Shown here in pieces: positions 7,839 through 14,372 of a stretch of DNA of 27,430 nt (positions are counted from its first letter, which is position 1; every line of letters begins with the position of its first letter). Position numbers and translations under genes: made by a program. Where the stretch lies: assembly GCA_045639455.1 (NCBI GenBank), contig JAZUDA010000045.1:1-27430 (forward strand), read 5' to 3'. The notes under the pieces are model-generated. The model was not told the DNA's origin, made no database searches, and was given only the letters and a program-made list of their open reading frames with translations. Source of the stretch: Clostridia bacterium. Its GTDB lineage: Bacteria > Bacillota > Clostridia > Christensenellales > Aristaeellaceae.

Positions 7839-8765
7839 TTATTCATTTTTCCGGAAATCCACCAGGTATTCCTCGTAACGCCTGCACCAGTAATCGAAGG
7901 ATACGTCATCCGCGGTGACCGTGACCCGGATGACATCCGCGTTCACTCGCTCCGCCTCCGTCTCCATACCGAACCAGTCAAAAACATCGTTCAGAGCGTT
8001 CTGCTTTGCGAGGAAGGTATGCTTCCTGGCGGCACCGTTGTACATGAAGGGATGGACATTCACATATTTTTGCAGATCGATGCCGTTTTCGCAACCCTCG
8101 ATTTCCGTCAGTTCCTTGGCAGGCTCCTCCGTCAGCTGAATATCCATAATCCGTTCAACACGGAAGTGGGAAATGTTGTCGTACTTGTCCACATTGCCCA
8201 GGAGGTAATACCGGCCGTTGGTGGTGAGGATATCGTAGGGATTCACCAGATATTCCCGTGGCGTGCCGTCCTCCCGGCAGCGGTAGTGAAGCTTTTTGTC
8301 GATATCATAGTTGCCGTAGTAGAAAAGCACCTTTTTCTCCCCGGCAATTGCCTCATGCAGCACATCCAGCGAGAAAAGAAACTGCGGATTGGCCGGACGC
8401 AGCTGACTGTTGTCCTGATTCGCAGCATACCAGCTGCCGCCCAGCAGAGAGACCTTTCGAATCATTTCGTCCCGCTGGGCCGCCGTAATGCCGGGTGCGG
8501 TGCGCAGGATATCCACCAGCAGGTTCAGTTCCGCCGGGCAGAAATCATGCTCGTAATACCAGCCCTTGTCAAAGCAGACCGGATACCCGGCCTCGACCAG
8601 ATCGTCCAGATTTTTCCGGATGCTTTTCCGGACGTAGGTCTTGCCCGTTTCCTTCTCCACAAGGTCGATAATATCCTGCTGGCGGACCCGATGATCCTCG
8701 TCCGTATATTTCTTGAGGATTTCCAAAATGGCATATCCTTCCTGCTTATGCGTCCCGGCTGCCAT
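7839..8765 (-). CDS. WYL-domain transcriptional regulator (N-terminal wHTH)
   Basis: Start reassigned to MAAGTHK at 8765 (RBS AGGCGGGTG). AILEILKKYTDEDH...QDIIDLVE wHTH region; WYL core YLVNPYDILTTNGRYYLLGNVDKYDNISHFRVERIMDI; C-terminal FDWFG. Confidence 0.88.
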   Translation of the reverse strand: MAAGTHKQEGYAILEILKKYTDEDHRVRQQDIIDLVEKETGKTYVRKSIRKNLDDLVEAGYPVCFDKGWYYEHDFCPAELNLLVDILRTAPGITAAQRDEMIRKVSLLGGSWYAANQDNSQLRPANPQFLFSLDVLHEAIAGEKKVLFYYGNYDIDKKLHYRCREDGTPREYLVNPYDILTTNGRYYLLGNVDKYDNISHFRVERIMDIQLTEEPAKELTEIEGCENGIDLQKYVNVHPFMYNGAARKHTFLAKQNALNDVFDWFGMETEAERVNADVIRVTVTADDVSFDYWCRRYEEYLVDFRKNE

Positions 8766-8797
8766 GACGCTCACCCGCCTTGTTATATGATGTATTA

Positions 8798-8826
8798 AGG
8801 ATACCACACTTCCCGGCGACTCGCAA
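8798..8826 (-). promoter_or_regulatory. sigmaA promoter for the WYL gene
   Basis: Minus strand TTGCGA, 17 bp spacer, TGg-TATCCT. Confidence 0.5.
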
Positions 8827-8901
8827 CAGCGAAGTGGCCCAGCCGCGGGTTGATGTAACCGTTTGGGGACATTTCTATCTTTGTGCAGCCTTTTGAAAAA
8901 C

Positions 8902-8937
8902 AAAAAAAGCTCCGACAAGAATCTGTCGGAGCTTTTT
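8902..8937 (-). terminator. Rho-independent terminator after the CsoR-family gene
   Basis: AAAAAAAGCTCCGACA-agaatc-TGTCGGAGCTTTTT. Confidence 0.85.
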
Positions 8938-8944
8938 CCTTTTA

Positions 8945-9217
8945 TTACTGCATATTGGCGAAGCGTTCGATTGCCTTGGCGAATTTCTGAAGCGCCTCGG
9001 TATCGCCCGCTGCCACCGCGTCACGGACGCAGTGATTGATATGGCCCTCCAGGATTACCTGTCCTGCCTTGTTCAGCGCAGATTTGGCGGCGCTAATCTG
9101 GCTGAGCACATCCTCGCACGGCACGTCCTCATCAATCATCCGGTTGATTGCCTCTATCTGCCCGATAATCCGTTTCAGGCGGTTGTGCAGCTTTTCTCTG
9201 TCCATGCATTGTACCAT
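8945..9217 (-). CDS. CsoR/RcnR-family metal-sensing transcriptional repressor
   Basis: NRLKRIIGQIEAINRMI, VPCEDVLSQISAAKSAL, LEGHINHCV (Cys/His/Cys ligand pattern). Start placed at MVQC, 8 nt after GGAGG; 9238 is an alternative start. Confidence 0.88.
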   Translation of the reverse strand: MVQCMDREKLHNRLKRIIGQIEAINRMIDEDVPCEDVLSQISAAKSALNKAGQVILEGHINHCVRDAVAAGDTEALQKFAKAIERFANMQ

Positions 9218-9252
9218 CGTCATTGCCTCCAAATCCATCTATTCAGAATAAA

Positions 9253-10128
9253 TCACGCTTCCCGTGCGGATACAAGCTCGCTGACAAGGGCTGAAGCGAT
9301 AATCAGCACCGCGCCCACAATTCCCAGCGCCGTCAGCCGTTCCCCCAGTATCAGTGCGGACAGAAGCAGCGCGGACACCGGATCGATATAGCTGAGTACC
9401 GCGATGGACTGTGCCCGGATCCCGCCCATGCCACCAAAATACAGAGCGTAGGCGATGCCCGTATGCACCACGCCCACAACCAGTACCAATGCGCCCACCG
9501 CGGGGGTAATGGCAACGCCCGTGAACTGCCCGGTAAGGAGCAGATATGGTACCATCACAACGGCGGCAGAGGACAACTGAGTCACCGTCTTTTCGCCCGC
9601 GTCCACCGGGGGCAGGAATTTGTTCAGAATGACTACCATCGCGTACAGGGCCGCGGCGCCCAGCCCGAACAGGATGCCCCGGATATCGCCCACGCTGCCA
9701 TCCTGCTCCAACAGGCCGGAAACCAGCACCATGCCGAGCAGGGAGAACGCCGCACACAGCAGCTTTTTCCCGGTCAGACGCTCGTGGAACAGCAGCGGGG
9801 ACAGCAGGATTACCATGGTAGGCTGCATATAGTAGCACAGCGTCGCCACGGCGACCGAGGTGTAATTATACGCCTCAAAGAGCAGAATCCAGTTGAAGCC
9901 CATGGCGCCGCCGGAAAGCATCATCAGCGCGCGCGTTTTGCTGTCGGCAGCGAAGCGAATCCGCTTCCCGCGAAAAAGTGCGAACAGCAGCAGGGTGACC
10001 GCGCCCAGAAGCCCGCGGATGAATGCCAGCACGCCCGAGGGGACCGGAATATACCTGCGAAAGATCCCAATGGTGCCGAAAATCAGCATGGAGCCGGTCA
10101 TCATCAGGTAGGAGCGGGCGTTTTTCAT
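9253..10128 (-). CDS. EamA/DMT-family transporter
   Basis: About 10 hydrophobic segments; IFGTIGIF, NWILLFEAYNYTSVAVATLCYYMQP, LSYIDPVSA, ILGERLT. Confidence 0.92.
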   Translation of the reverse strand: MKNARSYLMMTGSMLIFGTIGIFRRYIPVPSGVLAFIRGLLGAVTLLLFALFRGKRIRFAADSKTRALMMLSGGAMGFNWILLFEAYNYTSVAVATLCYYMQPTMVILLSPLLFHERLTGKKLLCAAFSLLGMVLVSGLLEQDGSVGDIRGILFGLGAAALYAMVVILNKFLPPVDAGEKTVTQLSSAAVVMVPYLLLTGQFTGVAITPAVGALVLVVGVVHTGIAYALYFGGMGGIRAQSIAVLSYIDPVSALLLSALILGERLTALGIVGAVLIIASALVSELVSAREA

Positions 10129-10134
10129 ATTGTC

Positions 10135-10614
10135 TTACTCCTTCGCCAGATTTGTCAAAGTGTCACCGGTCAGGCGGTAGGTAGTCCAGTCGCTCATCGG
10201 TTCCGCACCCAGGGACAGATAAAAATCAATGCTGGGCTTGTTCCAGTCCAGACACCACCATTCCAGCCGCCCGCAGCCACGCCCCACAGCGATTTTCGCC
10301 AGCTGCTTCAGCAGGCCTTTCCCGTAGCCGCGGCCGCGGTACTCCGGCAGGACGAACAAATCCTCCAGATACAGACCTGCCCTGCCGAGGAAGGTGGAGA
10401 AATTATGGAAGAACAGTGCGAAGCCCACCGGCTTCCCTTCCGACAGAACGAAAAGCACCTCTGCCTTCTTCTTTTCAAAAATCCATTCTGTCAGCAGTTC
10501 CTCATCCGCAATCACCTGATCGGCCATTTTTTCGTACGCCGCCAGGTTCTTGATAAACCGCAGAATCACCGGAACATCATCTTGGTTCGCGAATCGGAAC
10601 GTCATCTCACGCAC
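10135..10614 (-). CDS. GNAT N-acetyltransferase (polyamine/SSAT-like)
   Basis: GFALFFHNFSTFLGRAGLYLEDLFVLPEYRGRGYGK, RLEWWCLDWNKPSIDFY. Confidence 0.92.
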   Translation of the reverse strand: MREMTFRFANQDDVPVILRFIKNLAAYEKMADQVIADEELLTEWIFEKKKAEVLFVLSEGKPVGFALFFHNFSTFLGRAGLYLEDLFVLPEYRGRGYGKGLLKQLAKIAVGRGCGRLEWWCLDWNKPSIDFYLSLGAEPMSDWTTYRLTGDTLTNLAKE

Positions 10615-10675
10615 AGGGGTTCTCCCTTCAGGGCGTATGCCCGGCCTTCTTCATACCTGTCCGGGACGCATTCAT

Positions 10676-10704
10676 GTTGTACCATTTCCCCGCGGGTTTG
10701 TCAA
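10676..10704 (-). promoter_or_regulatory. Probable sigmaA promoter for GNAT-DMT-CsoR
   Basis: Minus strand TTGACA (overlaps the hydrolase TGA stop), 17 bp spacer, TGg-TACAAC. The -10 lacks the final T. Confidence 0.5.
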
Positions 10705-11324
10705 TTCTTCCGTTGTCCGTTCTTTTCTTCCGTCAGCCACCCGTCCAGGAACGCCATCTGCTCCGGCGTATGGAACCAGTGCTCCCCGCCCGGCATGACC
10801 CGCAGCTCCGCGCCTGTTTGCTCAGCGAAGGCGCGGACGGTATCGTAACTCTGCAGGTGATCCTTTTCGCCGTACAGGACGCAGGTCGGCGTAAGCCAGC
10901 GGTTGGGCGTATTTCTTACGCGGCACAGCACATTCCAGGACAGCTTTTCCCCGAAAGCCGTTTCAACGGTACCTTTTTCCCGCAGTTCCTGCTCCGTTAC
11001 CCCTGCCCAGCCCATCATGTCCAGAATCAGCCGCTCCATATTGACGATGGGCGATATAAAATACGCCCGCTCAACGGGCGCGTCGGAAAGCGACATCATG
11101 GCATACCAGGCGCCAATGCTGTTTGCCACCATGGTTACGGAATCATACGCCTGAAAAATTGGCGCAAAAAGGGCCGGGAATGCTTCCGCCGTTTCCAAGG
11201 GCGCGGCAGGCTCATATTCAAGCCCGATTACATCCGCGTCCGGAAACAGCGGCCGGTAGTGTTCTGCCTCACCGGCATTCCCGCCCTTTCCGTGGATATA
11301 GACAATTGCTTGTTTTCTGTTCAT
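10701..11324 (-). CDS. Alpha/beta-fold hydrolase (esterase-like)
   Basis: IVYIHGKGG oxyanion region, nucleophile motif ANSIG, YGEKD, GGEHWF catalytic His. Start placed at MNRKQ (11324); the ORF-track extension to 11372 is not needed. Confidence 0.85.
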   Translation of the reverse strand: MNRKQAIVYIHGKGGNAGEAEHYRPLFPDADVIGLEYEPAAPLETAEAFPALFAPIFQAYDSVTMVANSIGAWYAMMSLSDAPVERAYFISPIVNMERLILDMMGWAGVTEQELREKGTVETAFGEKLSWNVLCRVRNTPNRWLTPTCVLYGEKDHLQSYDTVRAFAEQTGAELRVMPGGEHWFHTPEQMAFLDGWLTEEKNGQRKN

Positions 11325-11378
11325 TTGTTCCGCGTCTTCCTGTTCTTTCTTCGCGGTATTTCCGTCCGGCAAAAAATC

Positions 11379-11588
11379 TTACTTGTCGGATTTTTCCTCG
11401 CCGGGAAACTTGTTTTCACCAATCGTGCCCGCCGCGATTTCAAGCTCGCCCGCCGCGTTGACAAAGCCCAGGTCGTCATCGGACAGCTCCGCGGCGTAAC
11501 GGTTTTCCGTTTCCGCAATCAGCTTCGCCAGGGAGGTATTTTTTTCAAACTTCTGATAATCAAACATCGCGTTCAGTTTCTTTTCCAT
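11379..11588 (-). CDS. 69-aa peptide with a double-glycine-type leader motif (ELSDDDLGFVNAAG); putative PCAT substrate or anti-sigma
   Basis: RBS AAGAAGG 7 nt before ATG 11588. E-L-S-D-D-D-L-x-x-V-x-A-A-G matches the C39 peptidase leader pattern. Directly downstream of an ECF sigma factor and a C39-containing ABC exporter. Confidence 0.8.
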   Translation of the reverse strand: MEKKLNAMFDYQKFEKNTSLAKLIAETENRYAAELSDDDLGFVNAAGELEIAAGTIGENKFPGEEKSDK

Positions 11589-11625
11589 GAAAATGCCTTC
11601 TTTCTTCAATGTGGTTTCACTGATT

Positions 11626-11652
11626 TATACGATACGAAAGGCAAAATGGTTA
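11626..11652 (-). promoter_or_regulatory. Putative ECF-sigma promoter for the peptide gene
   Basis: Minus strand TAAC-catttTgcctttcgtat(17 nt)-CGTATA, matching the AAC-N16/17-CGT pattern of Bacillota ECF sigmas. It overlaps the sigma TAA stop. Confidence 0.55.
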
Positions 11653-12138
11653 ATGCTTTTCAAAATAATCTTTCAGTTTTTTCAACGCGTTGTTCTGCAG
11701 CACCTTTACATAGGCATAGGAGATGCCCATATGCTCGGCGATTTCCTTCAAGGTTTTGCCGGAGTAGTACCGCAGAATGATAATATCCCGTTCCCGCTCA
11801 TCCAGCTTTTTGAGGCCTGATGCCAGCGTCTCCAGCGTCTCCGCGTTGCACACTTCCTCCTCAACATCGGTTCCGTCATCCCGTGTTTCCGGAATTTCCC
11901 CGAATACCTTGCGGGTGCGGAAATAGTCAATCAGTCGGTTGCGGGTAATGGTATAAATCCAGGTGGAAAGGGAGGCCTTCGTTTCGTCAAAGCTGTCGAT
12001 TTTTTCGTACACCTTGACGAATACATCCGCGGCCAGGTCCTCCGCCATCGTGGCGTTATTGATTTTCGAGCGGATATATCCGCACACCTTGCCGTAATAA
12101 TCGCTGTAGATTTTTTCCTTTTGCTCGTCGGTCATCAT
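11650..12138 (-). CDS. ECF-subfamily sigma-70 factor
   Basis: 162 aa. Region 2: AEDLAADVFVKVY, SLSTWIYTITRNRLIDYFR. Region 4: LDERERDIIILRYYSGKTLKEIAEHMGIS. RBS AAGGAGG. Confidence 0.93.
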   Translation of the reverse strand: MMTDEQKEKIYSDYYGKVCGYIRSKINNATMAEDLAADVFVKVYEKIDSFDETKASLSTWIYTITRNRLIDYFRTRKVFGEIPETRDDGTDVEEEVCNAETLETLASGLKKLDERERDIIILRYYSGKTLKEIAEHMGISYAYVKVLQNNALKKLKDYFEKH

Positions 12139-12162
12139 GTCGACATCCCCTCCTTGTATTGA

Positions 12163-14358
12163 TTATGCTTCTTCCACGTCCACCCTCTGACGTTCCACCA
12201 GCTTGGCGAAGGCGCCGTTAAGGGCAATCAATTCTTCATAAGTACCGTCCTCCAGAATCTTTCCCCCGTCCAGGTAGATAATGCGATCGGCATGCTGAAT
12301 GGTGGAAAGGCGGTGGGCAATCACAATTCGCGTACACTTGAGCGCGTCAATCGCCCGGGTGATTTTCCGCTGGGTAATGTTATCCAGCGCGCTGGTGGCC
12401 TCATCAAATATCAGAATCTTCGGGCTGGGGGCAACAGCCCTGGCAATCATCAGCCGCTGCTTCTGCCCGCCGGAAATGCCGCCCTGGCCCTCGCCGATGA
12501 CCGTATGCATTCCCATCGGCATGGCACGGATATCATCCGCGACGGACGCGATTTCCGCCGCCTCCCATGCCCGCTGAAGCCCCATCTGCGGCGCGGTCAG
12601 CACGATGTTGGAATAGATGTCGCCCAGGAACAGCTTGCCGTCCTGCATCACCACGCCGATTTTTCTGCGGAGGGATTCCGGGTCGATTTTGTTGATATCC
12701 TTCTGATCGTAGGCGATTAGGCCCTTCTGCGGCGTTTCAAAGCCCAACAGCAACCGGACCAGCGTACTCTTGCCGCATCCGGTGGGGCCCACAATGGCCA
12801 GATACTCGCCCGGCTTGACCCGCAGGGAAAGGTCGTCAATCACATTGGGCATAGCCTCGTCATAGCGGAAGGAAACGTGGGTCATTTCGATTCCGCCCTG
12901 AAGCTCCGTAATATTTTCCTTCCCGTCATGCACCTCCGGCTCCGCCTCCATAATCGGCTTTGCCATTTCCAGTATCGGGCGGATATTGGCCACCGTCATC
13001 GCGATGGACACAACGGACAGAAAGGCGGACGATACCATACCGTACGCGGAATTGAACGCGTAATAATCCGCCACGCCCACACCGCTTGACAGGGCTGTAG
13101 CATAGAGGATCATTGTACCACCAAGGGAAAGCGCCATGCTGAGGGTACCGCTCAGCTTCAGGAACGCGGGCGGGTTGTAATTCAGCTGCGCCTCACGGGC
13201 ATACTGCCTTGCCCAGCGGGAGAACATCCGTTTTTCCGCGCCCGCCAGCTTGATTTTCTGTATGCCGGTGATGGTGGAATAGGTCAGGCCGCTGGTTTGG
13301 GACGCGACGTCCATCCGTTCCCGGGAAATCTTTGTCTGCAGCAGTGTCGTTGCCAGAGAAAGCGCCAGGGTGGAGGCGGTAATCAGCAAGGACGGCACCA
13401 CAAGGGAGGGTGCAAAGGCAAAAATCTGCCCGATATAAATCAGCGAGAACAGCGATGTCAGCCCCGTCATGCCGATTGTGCTGAACAGGGTGGAGCACAG
13501 CGACTGCACATAGGAGGCTCGCTGCGACAGCTCGCCCGCGGAAAAGCTGCGGAAAAAGGACGGCGGCAGACTCATCATCCGGTTCATAACCGCGGCCTGA
13601 ACGGCGATGTTCTGCTTGATGCCGATTCGGGAATTGATCAGCCCCCGGAAGGCATTGAAGCACAGGCTGCTGACGGAAAAGGCCACCATAAAGACAGCGA
13701 GAGAAATCAGCACCTGCAGGTTGCCGGAATCCAGCACATCGCTGAACAGCCAGCGGGTAAAGAGCGGGGACAGCAGGCCCAGTGCGGAAGACAGCGCCAT
13801 CAGCGTCAGGTACAGGACGATGTCCGACACGCTCAGCTGCTTCACCATGAATTTCAGCAGGTCTGCCACCTTCAGCGGCTTTTGCGGAAGCGGCTCATAA
13901 AAGCAGACTGCCTCCCGGTCCAGCAGTTTCTCGGTTTTCCGGTTCATGCGGCGCCTCTCGCCGGTTTTGAAATTAATCAGCCGGTATCCGGAAAGGTTGT
14001 CCGGAATCAGCGCGACCGCGCTGCCGTCCTCCTTCAAGGTGCCAAGCATGGCACCTACCGCGCAGCGGTACCAGCCTTTTTCCAGCGTGACGGTACGGCT
14101 TTTGATGCCGAAGGGGCGCATGCGGTATTCGATTTGCTCGTCCACCGTCTTGATCCGGTCCGGAAGCTCTTCCGACTTCGGCTTGCAATGGTAAAATTTC
14201 AATATTTCGTCGATGGCAGAGCCGGCGATTTCGTTCTGGCTCAGCGCGTCCCGCAGACGGTTCCCCATCACGGCGTTCGCAATGGAATCTATGGCGTCCG
14301 CAAAATCGGCGTTGTCGGATTCCGCACGGGTACGCAGCTGCTCGTCAAACCAACTCAT
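12163..14358 (-). CDS. NHLP-type export ABC transporter, permease/ATPase subunit with a degenerate C39-like N-terminus
   Basis: N-terminal ~150 aa lacks the QxxxxECG motif; six-TM domain; Walker A GPTGCGKST; signature ISGGQKQR; Walker B ILIFDEATSALD; IAHRLST. Confidence 0.9.
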   Translation of the reverse strand: MSWFDEQLRTRAESDNADFADAIDSIANAVMGNRLRDALSQNEIAGSAIDEILKFYHCKPKSEELPDRIKTVDEQIEYRMRPFGIKSRTVTLEKGWYRCAVGAMLGTLKEDGSAVALIPDNLSGYRLINFKTGERRRMNRKTEKLLDREAVCFYEPLPQKPLKVADLLKFMVKQLSVSDIVLYLTLMALSSALGLLSPLFTRWLFSDVLDSGNLQVLISLAVFMVAFSVSSLCFNAFRGLINSRIGIKQNIAVQAAVMNRMMSLPPSFFRSFSAGELSQRASYVQSLCSTLFSTIGMTGLTSLFSLIYIGQIFAFAPSLVVPSLLITASTLALSLATTLLQTKISRERMDVASQTSGLTYSTITGIQKIKLAGAEKRMFSRWARQYAREAQLNYNPPAFLKLSGTLSMALSLGGTMILYATALSSGVGVADYYAFNSAYGMVSSAFLSVVSIAMTVANIRPILEMAKPIMEAEPEVHDGKENITELQGGIEMTHVSFRYDEAMPNVIDDLSLRVKPGEYLAIVGPTGCGKSTLVRLLLGFETPQKGLIAYDQKDINKIDPESLRRKIGVVMQDGKLFLGDIYSNIVLTAPQMGLQRAWEAAEIASVADDIRAMPMGMHTVIGEGQGGISGGQKQRLMIARAVAPSPKILIFDEATSALDNITQRKITRAIDALKCTRIVIAHRLSTIQHADRIIYLDGGKILEDGTYEELIALNGAFAKLVERQRVDVEEA

Positions 14359-14372
14359 TCGCAGACACCTCC

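Noticed and set aside
7839-8765. WYL gene as a marker of an anti-phage island or CRISPR locus
   Set aside because: No repeat-spacer array, cas, restriction-modification, BREX or CBASS genes were recognised nearby; it is flanked by CHR and CsoR genes.
8766-8918. 51-aa N-terminal extension of the WYL ORF
   Set aside because: It covers the predicted promoter, and the RBS fits ATG 8765.
10635-10656. GTATG-N12-CATAC inverted repeat as a CsoR operator
   Set aside because: The arms are only 5 bp, the orientation is opposite to ATAC...GTAT CsoR boxes, and there is no central G-tract.
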